Both the position numbers and the translations under genes were made by a program. This document shows, in pieces, positions 1 through 8,911 of a stretch of DNA of 64,000 bases (the stretch's first letter is position 1; every line of letters starts with the position of its first letter). This DNA comes from an uncultured Acidobacteriota bacterium (GTDB taxonomy: Bacteria > Acidobacteriota > Vicinamibacteria > Marinacidobacterales > DATDRI01), in the NCBI GenBank assembly GCA_963697355.1, contig CAVONV010000008.1, forward strand, positions 206,764 to 270,763. The letters run 5' to 3'. The notes under the pieces are model-generated. The model did no database searches. It had not been told where the DNA came from and was given only the letters and a program-made list of their open reading frames with translations.

Positions 1-2103
1 CTGCTCCTCGCCGTGGCGGGTCATGCGCGGGTAGCGGCCGGCCATCGCCTCCTCGGCGTCTACGGAGAGGTAGAGATGGCGGCCCTCCGAACGTGCGCCG
101 CCGCTCGTGGTGACGAGGACACCTTGCCCGACCTTCTCGAGAGTGACCCGGGTCTGGACGCGGGCGAGTTCGCGTGAGACCGGGTCGGAAACGGTATCGA
201 GCAGCGACATGACGGCGCCGCCCAGGCGAAGCGCCACCGTTCCCTCCACCAGGCCGCTGTTGACGAAAGCCTTGGTGGTCAATTCTCCCGCGCTACTGCT
301 CAGCTTCACGAGATCGCCGTCCGCGATCCCTTGCCCGGCGGCGATGCCGGGCGGGATCTCGATCGGGATCTCCCAGGCTGTCTGCGTCAGGGAATCCGGC
401 ACCTCCAGCAGCCAGTCCCGCCGCGAGGAGCGGCCGTCGTACAGCGCGGCCGTGACCGGTGTGATCAACAGTGGGCCGCTGCCCTGCGGCTTGGGCGCCG
501 CGGCGGGCAGCTCCGCAGCCGCGCGGGGATTGAAGGAGAGCCGGGCCGGTTCCGCAGGTGGAGCGAACTCCCCGCCCCGGACCAACGCCGCTTCCCAATC
601 GCCCTGCCGCGACGAGCCGAAGACGGGCCCGGCGGCCCGGCGGGCAACGACGTACTGCTTGAACTCGCCATGCCGCGGCGGATGGCCCAGCGCCGTCGCC
701 AGCTCGATCAGCAGGTCGCCGGCGTGGCGGGAATCGTGGAGCGGGGCACGGACCGGCTGCATCAGGCTGACGATGCGTTCGTTGACCTCGTAGTCCCCCC
801 AGGACTCGAGCGGGTGGTGTACGGGCAACACGACATCGGCCGCATCGGTGGTGGCGCTCCGCTCCCAGGCGAGTGCGACCACGAATGGCGCATCGCGCAG
901 CTTCCGCTCGGCCGCGGCCGCACCCGGCAGGGTCGCGACCGGATCGGCCCCGTGGAGGATGAGCGCATCGCTCTCGGAGTCCAGCAGCTTCATCGCTTGA
1001 TGCGTTCCGCCTGCCTTGCTCCACGCCGTCTTCTCACCGTAGCGGATCGCACTCCCTACGGCACCGGTCATGATGTTGATGATCATGGCCAGCATATGGC
1101 CGCGTGTCGCGTCGGCAGTGAGGACATCGGCGCCGCCGAAGAGGACGAGGCTGCGCTCGGCGGAGGCCAGGCGACCGGTGATGCCCTGCAACGGCTCGCT
1201 ATCCATGGAAGTTGTGGTAGGGCCCAGCCGCTCCAGCACGCCGCGAACCGTCTGGGCCGCCCTTGTCTCCAGTCCCTCGCGCTTCAGCTCGAAGAGCCGC
1301 GCGGCGACGGCGTGCAGCATGTCGACGCCGCCATCCGGCGGGATGGGATGCCAGCGATCGGCGGCGTTGGCGGTCAGGTTGCGGCGCGGGCCGGCATACT
1401 CCATGAGCATGCGGCGGCCGGAGGCGAAACCATGCTTCTCCGCCCACTGGCGGGAGAACTTCACCGGCGAGAGCCAGGCATCGAGGAAGTCGGCGCCGAC
1501 GGAGAAGAGGTCATCGACGCTGTCGATGTCGATTTCCGGGATCTCGGGGCGGGAGAAGAGCATGCCGCCGGCGGTGGCCAGCGAGACCGGCGCCAGCGGC
1601 TCGTAGACCACCTTCTCAATATTGCCAAAGGATGCCAGGAAGTCGTCCTGCACGTCCTCGAAAGCGCCGCTCTCGAGCCCGCTGAGATAGCCCACTCTGC
1701 CGGCACTTTCAAGCTTCCCAATCGTCAGCTCCAGGGCATTTTTCCAGCTGGTCTCCTCCAGCCGGCCCTCTGTGCGGATCAGCGGATTCGTGACCCTGTG
1801 CCGCCCGTACAACCCCTGAACGAAGGCTTGGCCGCGGGCGCACAAGCTGCCGCGGTTGACCGGATGCTCCGGGTTGCCCTCCAGCTTGACCGGGCGCCCC
1901 TCGCGCGTGCGCACCAGGATGCCGCAGCCCGCGGGGCAGGCGCGGCAGACCGTCGCATACCAATAGGCCAGGCCGGGCACGAGGCTCTCGTCCGGCGTCA
2001 GGTAGGAGTACAGGCTTTGCAGCGGCGCACCGCTGCAGCCGGCCAGGGAGCCGGCGCCGACGAGCCCCAACGATTTCAGGAAATCTCTTCGGTCCAGTGC
2101 CAT
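1..2103 (-). CDS. Tat-exported molybdopterin-oxidoreductase-family subunit, ActB/QrcB-like (runs off the window's left edge)
   Basis: Not in the ORF track because no stop lies in the window. Manual translation from ATG 2103 gives MALDRRDFLKSLGLVGAGSLAGC (twin-Arg signal), YATVCRACPAGCG...KLEGNPEHPVNRGSLCARGQ (4Fe-4S motif) and LYDGRSSRRDWLLEVPDSLTQTAW (ActB-like). The translated stretches, including the last codons at position 1, are in one frame. Confidence 0.8.
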   Translation of the reverse strand, partial: MALDRRDFLKSLGLVGAGSLAGCSGAPLQSLYSYLTPDESLVPGLAYWYATVCRACPAGCGILVRTREGRPVKLEGNPEHPVNRGSLCARGQAFVQGLYGRHRVTNPLIRTEGRLEETSWKNALELTIGKLESAGRVGYLSGLESGAFEDVQDDFLASFGNIEKVVYEPLAPVSLATAGGMLFSRPEIPEIDIDSVDDLFSVGADFLDAWLSPVKFSRQWAEKHGFASGRRMLMEYAGPRRNLTANAADRWHPIPPDGGVDMLHAVAARLFELKREGLETRAAQTVRGVLERLGPTTTSMDSEPLQGITGRLASAERSLVLFGGADVLTADATRGHMLAMIINIMTGAVGSAIRYGEKTAWSKAGGTHQAMKLLDSESDALILHGADPVATLPGAAAAERKLRDAPFVVALAWERSATTDAADVVLPVHHPLESWGDYEVNERIVSLMQPVRAPLHDSRHAGDLLIELATALGHPPRHGEFKQYVVARRAAGPVFGSSRQGDWEAALVRGGEFAPPAEPARLSFNPRAAAELPAAAPKPQGSGPLLITPVTAALYDGRSSRRDWLLEVPDSLTQTAWEIPIEIPPGIAAGQGIADGDLVKLSSSAGELTTKAFVNSGLVEGTVALRLGGAVMSLLDTVSDPVSRELARVQTRVTLEKVGQGVLVTTSGGARSEGRHLYLSVDAEEAMAGRYPRMTRHGEEQ

Positions 2104-2113
2104 ACCCGATCAC

Positions 2114-2833
2114 CTACCGCGTATCGTGTACCGCATGCCCCTGCGCGGGCTCCGGCGCACCGGCAGTCATGTTCTTCACTCCCTTGGAGCCTAGCCACAG
2201 GCCGGTCAGCAGCATGGCCACGGCGACGAGCACGTTGGCATGCTTGCCGAACGTGCGCAACAGGCTCCCGGAGGCCAAGCCTACCACAACTAACAGCGGC
2301 ATCGAACCGAACCAGAATGCGAACATCAGGAGCCCGCCCTGGATGGGAGAATCGGCCGCCAGAGAGCGGGCGAAGGCGGCGTAGAGCACTCCGCAGGGGA
2401 GAAACCCCGTCAACAGGCCAAGTACGAACATGCCGGATGCGCGGCCGGAGGTGACGAACTTACGGATCAGCCTGCCGAAGCCGCTGCTGCCGCTCGGCGC
2501 GGTGACCGTCTTTCCGCGCAACACCGCGAACACCGCAAGCCCGATGAAAAGCGCCGCTACCACGATCTGTATGATCCCGCCGAACAGCCGCGCCGGGAAA
2601 AGCGCCGACAGCATGCTGCCGGCGAAGCCGAGGATGACGCCTATGGTGACATAGGTGACCCCCCTGCCGAGCTGGTAGCTGATCTGCCAGCTCATCAGGG
2701 GCCGCAGGCCGCCTTGCCTGTCCGGGGAGCCAGCCTGCAGCGGCGCCGAGGCCACGGCGATGAGCGGCCCGCACATGGTAACGCAGTGCAACGATGAGAC
2801 CAGCCCGAAGGCCAGCATGAGAGAAAAGTCCAT
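2114..2833 (-). CDS. Sulfite exporter TauE/SafE / DsbD_2-family membrane protein
   Basis: SLHCVTMCGP and GFLPCGVLY motifs, multiple TM helices. Confidence 0.85.
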   Translation of the reverse strand: MDFSLMLAFGLVSSLHCVTMCGPLIAVASAPLQAGSPDRQGGLRPLMSWQISYQLGRGVTYVTIGVILGFAGSMLSALFPARLFGGIIQIVVAALFIGLAVFAVLRGKTVTAPSGSSGFGRLIRKFVTSGRASGMFVLGLLTGFLPCGVLYAAFARSLAADSPIQGGLLMFAFWFGSMPLLVVVGLASGSLLRTFGKHANVLVAVAMLLTGLWLGSKGVKNMTAGAPEPAQGHAVHDTR

Positions 2834-2845
2834 AAACGAAGAGGA

Positions 2846-3094
2846 TTGTATCCTGAGCGCTTCGGGGAGAAAAGTGCCATCGCGACGATAAGAAGAAGGA
2901 CAAGCGCGCTGGGTCTCCTTTCCAACGCTGTCCTGGTGTTCAATACGGTTCAGCTAACAGAAACGGCGGAGAGCCTGAAGACGACAGGGGAGGAAGTCGA
3001 GGCGGTAGATCTGATGCGGATCTTCCGTCTCGCCCACGCCCACGTGATCCCCAATGGAACATTTCACTTCGATGACCTGTCCGCCTCAGCCTAA
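2846..3094 (+). pseudogene. Tn3-family transposase C-terminal fragment
   Basis: ALGLLSNAVLVFNT...HVIPNGTFHF resembles the TnpA C-terminus and is followed by a 38-bp Tn3-type IR. Confidence 0.75.
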
Positions 3095-3119
3095 TTGATT
3101 CCATAGACTTGACTTGGGG

Positions 3120-3157
3120 CTAACCGTAGGTTTTCGCACGGATGGGCCTGCTACCCC
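3120..3157 (-). mobile_element. Tn3-family 38-bp terminal inverted repeat
   Basis: Reverse complement GGGGTAGCAGGCCCATCCGTGCGAAAACCTACGGTTAG matches the Tn3 IR pattern GGGG...CGAAAAC..ACG.TAAG. Confidence 0.8.
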
Positions 3158-3348
3158 ATCAGGCGGCGAGAGAACTGTTGCTCGCGGAGGCGAGTGGTTG
3201 GCCTTTTATCATGAAGACAGGGACGATGGTTCCCTATGCCAACACGCGGGTGAAAAAGCACATTGCCAGGTTCACAGGCCTGTATCATGATCTCCTCAAC
3301 GGGAGGGTGGAGGGTGATTGGTTAAAAGAGTTGGAATGGAGAGATTAA
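3158..3348 (+). pseudogene. C-terminal fragment of a GH57/DUF1957 glucan branching enzyme
   Basis: QAARELLLAEASGWPFIMKTGTMVPYA...RFTGLY; homology begins exactly at the Tn3 IR. Confidence 0.7.
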
Positions 3349-3440
3349 TTCTCTGATTTGGAGTGTGCCAGGTATCATCTGCTCGGCGACCAGTCGAACA
3401 AAGGGAGATCAAATCAAACACCAAAGAAGGGAGTTACAAG

Positions 3441-4874
3441 ATGTCAAGGAGCGTGAAGGATTTCCCCGCAATAACGGGAACACAAAACGACGCATCAGGA
3501 GTGTTAAGCGCGCGGACGGCGCTCTATGCGCCGCTCTCGAACATTTCCTTTGGTCGCATACAGTCCTGTTTTGGAATTGCCCTTCACATGCACCAGCCCA
3601 CGATTCCCGGAGAAAGCGATGAAGTGCGAAGCGCAGGGTTAATTTCAAATCTCCAGTATATGATCGAACATCAGAATATCGGCGATAATCATAATGCGCC
3701 GGTATTTCTCCAATGCTACACCAGAATGTCGGATATCGTCCGAGAACTTGTCGTTCAGGGAAAGAATCCCAGGGTAATGCTCGATTACTCAGGAAACCTT
3801 CTCTGGGGATTAAAACAAATGGGAGAGGAGAAGGTCCTAGAGAACCTCAAGCGTATCACCTCTGATCCAACTTATTACGGGTACGTGGAATGGCTTGGCA
3901 CAATGTGGTCTCACGCGGTGGTGAGTTCAACTCCTGTGCCCGACGTCAAGCTCCACGCGATGGCCTGGCGGCTTCACTTCGCTTCACTCTTCGGCGATGA
4001 AGCGGCCAGAAGAGTAAAAGGGTTTTCTCCCCCTGAAATGCACCTGCCTATTCACCCTGATGTCTGTTTTGAATACCTGAAAGCATTAAAGGAGTGCGGG
4101 TACCAATGGCTCATGGTGCAGCAACACACCATAGAAAATCTCGATGGGAGCGGGATAGAGAGACCTCACTTTCCTCACCGTCTTGTCGCAAGAAATTCGC
4201 TGGGCCAAACTCAGGAGATGACAGTGCTTATAAAGACGCAAGGGTCTGATACGAAACTGGTCGCTCAGATGCAGCCGTATTACGAGGCAAAGTCTCTGGG
4301 GAAGGAGGAGTATTGCGGAAAAGACATACCGCCCTACGTGCTTCAGATAGGTGACGGAGAAAACGGCGGAGTAATGATGAACGAGTTTCCCCCGATGTAT
4401 AGACAGGTGTTTGCCGAAGTGGGGACCGAGGGAGTGGTTGCCATGAACAGCTCCGAGTATCTGGAGTTCTTACACCAGCAGGGGATTGATGAGAGTGCGT
4501 TTATCCCTGTACAGCCGGTGGCGCAACACAGAATCTGGGAGATGGTGCATGAATACGGTCCCGGTGCTTCTGACGAAGCGATTCAGAGAATTTGTGAAAA
4601 GGATTCAGGCTTCAACCTTGAGAAGGCTTCCTGGACCAATGATAGAAACTGGGTGAGAGGCTACGAACACCTTTTGGACCCAATTAAGATATTAAGCGCG
4701 CGTTTTCATGAGAGTTTCGAGGGAAACGATGCGGACTCCCAGAATCCTCAGTATAGGGAGGCCCTGCTTTACCTTTTATTATCACAGACGAGCTGTTTTC
4801 GATATTGGGGCGAAGGAATTTGGACTGAGTACGCCAGGGAAATTTGCCGCCGAGGTATGGAGGTGCTCGCATGA
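3441..4874 (+). CDS. Glycoside hydrolase family 57 protein
   Basis: ALHMHQP, GFSPPEM and IGDGENGG motifs; RBS-like GAAGGGAG before ATG 3441. Confidence 0.85.
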   Translation: MSRSVKDFPAITGTQNDASGVLSARTALYAPLSNISFGRIQSCFGIALHMHQPTIPGESDEVRSAGLISNLQYMIEHQNIGDNHNAPVFLQCYTRMSDIVRELVVQGKNPRVMLDYSGNLLWGLKQMGEEKVLENLKRITSDPTYYGYVEWLGTMWSHAVVSSTPVPDVKLHAMAWRLHFASLFGDEAARRVKGFSPPEMHLPIHPDVCFEYLKALKECGYQWLMVQQHTIENLDGSGIERPHFPHRLVARNSLGQTQEMTVLIKTQGSDTKLVAQMQPYYEAKSLGKEEYCGKDIPPYVLQIGDGENGGVMMNEFPPMYRQVFAEVGTEGVVAMNSSEYLEFLHQQGIDESAFIPVQPVAQHRIWEMVHEYGPGASDEAIQRICEKDSGFNLEKASWTNDRNWVRGYEHLLDPIKILSARFHESFEGNDADSQNPQYREALLYLLLSQTSCFRYWGEGIWTEYAREICRRGMEVLA

Positions 4875-5419
4875 GGTCCATCACAATGTGAGGAGATCTT
4901 TTTGTCAGGCACTTGTCAAGACTTTTGTGTCTGACTGAATCATTCGGATTCGAAGCGGGCCTCGAGACATTGCATTGGTTGTGTCGAGAGCTGCTTTCAT
5001 GTTTGCCGCCGCGCTTCTCCACTTACCGGTCTCGAGCGAAGTGATGGCGTTTCCGAGTTTGAGCTTTGTGGTTTCCCCCCGAATGGAAGTAGCCGCCGCT
5101 GTATCGGCGTTCGTCGGTATCGATGGCGAAGGACGGTTTCATTTGCACGAGTATGCGGTTGTCCTTCGTCATCATTAGTCCACCCCGGACGGATAGCCCC
5201 GTGCGGCTGCGCGAGGACGTCGAAAGCCGGGGGCGACGCATGGGAGGTGGTGGATGGGATCACACGACGAGCGGGCCTACGAGCGGGAGAAAGTAAATGT
5301 CATAGGCTCCGACCACGCGACTTTCGCGACCGAAAAATGCGCTACGCAGCAGCCTCGCGCCATTCGTAGCGCTGGTGAAGTCCGCCAACGCGTGTTTGAG
5401 CAACGACTCTCGCCATGGG

Positions 5420-5600
5420 TGATGGTCGACCGGTCTCTCGTTTGGCGTGTCTTTTTCGAGCCCCAAATGGCAACGGCCCTCGTGATAGTAGGTGACGTAC
5501 GATCGTACAAGTCGGACGAGATGACGCTCACCGAGAACCACGACGTACTCGAGGAGCTCTCGACGACAGCTTCCAATCCAGCGCTCGGCGGTTCCGTCAC
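5420..5600 (-). pseudogene. Integrase-core (rve) transposase fragment
   Basis: AERWIGSCRRELLEYVVVLGERHLVRLVRSYVTYYHEGRCHLGL. Confidence 0.75.
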
Positions 5601-5632
5601 AATCACCGCGTAGATTGGCGGATCACTCGACC

Positions 5633-5670
5633 CTTAGAGTGGGTTTTCGCGCCAATGGAGCTGCTACCCC
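5633..5670 (-). mobile_element. Second Tn3-family 38-bp inverted repeat
   Basis: Reverse complement GGGGTAGCAGCTCCATTGGCGCGAAAACCCACTCTAAG; related to, and in the same orientation as, 3120-3157. Confidence 0.75.
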
Positions 5671-5906
5671 TATTTGCAGAAACCGATGGACCAGAGGTTC
5701 GCGCTGATATCCATGTTATGGAGGGTCGAGCTACGAGCGATATAGTCCATTTTGCCGAACAAAACGATTCAGACCTCATCGTCATTGCCACGCATGGCCT
5801 GAGCGGTGTCAAGCACATGCTGATGGGCAGTGTCTCGGAGAAAGTCGTGCGCGTCGCACCGTGTCCCGTGTTCACAGTTGAGGCGTTCGGGAAATCTCTT
5901 CTGTAA
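5671..5906 (+). pseudogene. Universal stress protein, C-terminal fragment
   Basis: DLIVIATHGLSGVKHMLMGSVSEKVVRVAPCPVFTV; 5' end cut at the IR. Confidence 0.8.
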
Positions 5907-5957
5907 GGGTAGAAAATGGGAAGTATTTTCCATCTTGTCCCATAGTCGAGGCTAGAA

Positions 5958-6149
5958 ATGAACACCTTTTTGACATTCAACTGTGGTAGCTCTTCATTGA
6001 GCTGCAAGCTTTTTCGCGCCGAAAGCCACGACCATGTTGAGGTGGTCCTTTCCGCTGTAGAGTTGCACGGCAAGATTCTAAAGGTGAGTTTCCCGTCTGC
6101 TGTCGATAATGATATGTTCTCATTGCTCTTGAATCTCGAAGAAGGATAA
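5958..6149 (+). pseudogene. Acetate kinase N-terminal relic
   Basis: LTFNCGSSSLSCKLF resembles the AckA motif LVLNCGSSSLKYQLF, then diverges. Confidence 0.5.
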
Positions 6150-6151
6150 GA

Positions 6152-6394
6152 ATGACAGTTCTACTTTGCTTGACTTTCGTTTTGGTCTGTATGCTCCTAA
6201 CTGCGTATCAGGCTGCTCGGAGAAAAACGCGTCTTTTACTAGCCAGTGAATTCTTTGCCGTGGTAGCTGTCGGTGCCTTCTGGTACGAGAACGATTTCCC
6301 GTCTGCACTTGGGGCATTCTGCCTATTGCAGATTGCAATTTTTGTGATGAATCACCTTTTGAGAAATGGAAACACGCCAAATATCGAGAAATAG
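6152..6394 (+). CDS. Small hypothetical membrane protein
   Basis: 80 aa, three hydrophobic segments, RBS-like GAAGGA upstream. Confidence 0.4.
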   Translation: MTVLLCLTFVLVCMLLTAYQAARRKTRLLLASEFFAVVAVGAFWYENDFPSALGAFCLLQIAIFVMNHLLRNGNTPNIEK

Positions 6395-6524
6395 CGCGAT
6401 TCACCCAATCAAAGCGCAAGGAGTACGCCAACCGATCAACATGACACCCAACGGACGAATGGTGCAGTGTCTGCTGAGACTTTGTCCGTCGTGAACCTCC
6501 CGGTCGAGGAGAGGCTTCGGAAGG

Positions 6525-7157
6525 TCATGCAGCATGAGCTGAAGGACCTCTCCGGTGTCGGGAACAAGAGGGGCGTCGTGGAGATTTCACTTGTTCCGGC
6601 TTAATCTCATCTAGGGTGACGGACCCAGTCAACGGTCGACCCAGAAGCCGGTTGTATGAGGCCCGAGCGACGTCAAGGCCGTTTTGTGCCTGGAGCAGTC
6701 GCTGACGAACATCTGCCAGGGCCACACGGGGTGAAAGCAAGTCGTTACGAGCCACCAAACCTTTGTCAAAGAGGTTTTCGACGTCCTCGGCATGTGCACT
6801 CAAGCTGGAAACGGCTTTCTCGGTTACTTCCACTCCCCGCTGCGCCATGAGGACAGTGACGTAAGCCGTGGCCACATCTATCTTGATATCTATTTCCACG
6901 CCGGCCGCGTCGTTTCGCGCCGCATCGGCAGCTGATTCGGCGGCGTCGATGCCCCGAGAAATACGACCGCTGGTAAAGATCGGCACGATGCCCATCGTTC
7001 GAAAGGCCCAAAAGTTCTTGAGATCAGCAGTTAGAGGAAGCACCGGTATACTGAAAACGATGGCCGGGGCTTCATCTAAAGCCGTATTACCGCCCTCGTA
7101 CACAACGCGAGGAAGGCGTGTCGCCCGGGCGGCCGAAAGGTTGTCCGCCGCCGACAT
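6525..7157 (-). pseudogene. TolC/outer-membrane efflux protein fragment
   Basis: PIFTSGRI, DVATAYVTVL and GLVARNDLL...YNRLLGRP; both ends missing. Confidence 0.7.
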
Positions 7158-7189
7158 GGTCGCCTCATGGGCGGACTTCAGGCGTAGGT

Positions 7190-7564
7190 TCAGGGTGAGA
7201 GCGGTCTCCCATGCGTCCTGAAGTTCGAGTTCGCCGACGGATTATTCGGTAGACGTCGGCCCGGCTCATCGCCTTGGATGCCAGCGTCCTGGTCCTTCCG
7301 ACTGCGGCGCGGAACAGGATCGGCGTAGCGGGGCCAGCATTCGAAGGTCACCGTGCGATCTGTTTTGTTGAAGCGGACGAAGCCGTAGGGTGTGAATCGG
7401 GGGAGTAGCTCTCCCAGGGAGCGAACGTCCCGGAATGCACGGGCGCTCCGGGTGTGAATGAGGGTCTGGTCGCCGACCGCCTCGAGGAAGTAGACCTCTG
7501 CCGGGTCGATGGGTTTGCGAACGAAGTCGCCGAAGTGAACGAGGACTTTCTCAATGCGTCGCAT
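7190..7564 (-). pseudogene. Stand-alone LytTR DNA-binding protein (N-half) fused to an unrelated fragment
   Basis: EVYFLEAVGDQTLIHT...SLGEL...GFVR; near-identical to 49370-49707 up to GFVR. Confidence 0.7.
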
Positions 7565-7570
7565 CCTATT

Positions 7571-7860
7571 TTTCTAGCATGAGATGAGGTTTTAAGGAAC
7601 AACGTGCCGGTCTGGGAGCATGACGTGTCGTTTCAAGGAATAGGCTGCAAGCGGGTTGGCGCACATCGTCACCTGTGCTAGATTCGCCCCCGGCAATCCT
7701 ATGAATTTGGAAAATCCCGCCGCGCGTCATTCATTGGAGAACAAGACATAAGAGGTGGGTTGGAGCACTCGAGCATTCTTGGTCAATGAGGCCGGCGAAA
7801 TCCAAAGGTTTCCCTACGCGCGGTTCAAGCGTCTCTGGAACCGTGACCCGAACGAGCAAA
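7571..7860 (+). repeat. Dispersed repeat, copy 1 (periodic repeats + hairpin element + 5' part of the MGWS.RAFLVNEAG gene)
   Basis: Aligns with 33581-33890; core also at 11767-11878; first 15 bp also at 49714. Confidence 0.85.
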
Positions 7861-7981
7861 CGCTTCGCTTCTTCTTTTTGGACATGACGCGCCAGTGGAA
7901 AAGAGTGTCCAACGTCAACGTCGTTGCCCGATACACCAAATGCATATATATTGGTGTATGCAGTAGAGGAGGCTTTGGCTC

Positions 7982-8197
7982 ATGGGCAGAACGAATATCG
8001 AGATCGACGACGAGCTTGTTGACAAGGCGATGCGTTTCACCGGTGCACGGACCAAACGGGAGGTGGTGGACATCGCGCTCCGCCGCCTGGTTCAGAAGGC
8101 TAGTTTGTATCGCAAGATTCGCCGTCTTCGAGGTAAGCTCGAGTGGGATGGCGACGTAGATGCCTGGCGGTCCGAACGTAGAACGCACCCTTCATGA
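7982..8197 (+). CDS. vapB: VapB-family antitoxin
   Basis: RTNIEIDDELV...TKREVVDIALR; ATGA overlap with the PIN gene. Confidence 0.85.
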   Translation: MGRTNIEIDDELVDKAMRFTGARTKREVVDIALRRLVQKASLYRKIRRLRGKLEWDGDVDAWRSERRTHPS

Positions 8198-8589
8198 TTA
8201 TCGTTGATTCCAACACCTGGGCTGATTTCTTCAATGGAGCCGAGAGTCCTCATGTGCAACGGTTGGATGTGGCCTTGGAGGAAGAGGAGGATCTTGCTGT
8301 AATTCCGATCATCATTACAGAGGTTCTTCAGGGATTCCGGACCGACACCGGCTTTCGGCGTGCCCGGCAAGTGCTCGTCTCACTATCCGTCGTCTATCCG
8401 ACGGTAGACTGCCACGTGCGAGCGGCTCGCTTGTTCCGCTCACTGCTTGGGAAAGGTATCACGGTCCGGGGAGCGGTGGACTGCATAATTGCCCAGACGT
8501 GTCTCGACACAAAAGCCGAGCTCTTGAGTCCCGATCGCGATTTCAAGTACATCGCCCAACACACACCGCTTCGCTTGTGGCGCAGCTGA
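8194..8589 (+). CDS. vapC: VapC PIN-domain toxin
   Basis: IIVDSNTW, EVLQG, DCIIA and DRDF PIN motifs. Confidence 0.9.
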   Translation: MIIVDSNTWADFFNGAESPHVQRLDVALEEEEDLAVIPIIITEVLQGFRTDTGFRRARQVLVSLSVVYPTVDCHVRAARLFRSLLGKGITVRGAVDCIIAQTCLDTKAELLSPDRDFKYIAQHTPLRLWRS

Positions 8590-8689
8590 CGTCTGGGCCT
8601 GATGATTCTCGCTAGCACAGCTACTCGGCGTTGTTGCACCGCTCTTGGGTGAGGTGAAATTCACCTATGGTGGGTGGCCAAGGTATGTT

Positions 8690-8817
8690 CGACCACGAAG
8701 TACCCCAAGCGCAGCCAGTACAAGCACGCGAAGCAGAAGAAGTACCACGTTCGCAACTGGGCGGAATACAACGAAGGGCTGTGCCGCTGGGGCGATTTGA
8801 CGGTCTGGTTTGACGAC
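8690..8817 (+). pseudogene. IS5-family transposase N-terminal relic
   Basis: Manual translation KKYHVRNWAEYNEGLCRWGDLTVWF. Confidence 0.65.
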
Positions 8818-8819
8818 CG

Positions 8820-8908
8820 GAGATAGGCGCCCGCCCAGCGATTCCCAAGTCTGGAGAAGCTTCCTGAAGAACCAGGCCAAGGCCATGTGGACTTGTGACT
8901 TCTTTGTT
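8820..8908 (+). pseudogene. Integrase-core (rve) transposase relic
   Basis: SQVWRSFLKNQAKAMWTCDFF. Confidence 0.55.
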
Positions 8909-8911
8909 AGT

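Noticed and set aside
331-2454. 707-aa plus-strand ORF
   Set aside because: Antisense shadow of the minus-strand ActB-like gene in GC-rich DNA; no motifs.
7571-7650. Periodic repeats as a CRISPR array
   Set aside because: Units are degenerate, with a 20-21 bp period, no unique spacers and no cas genes.
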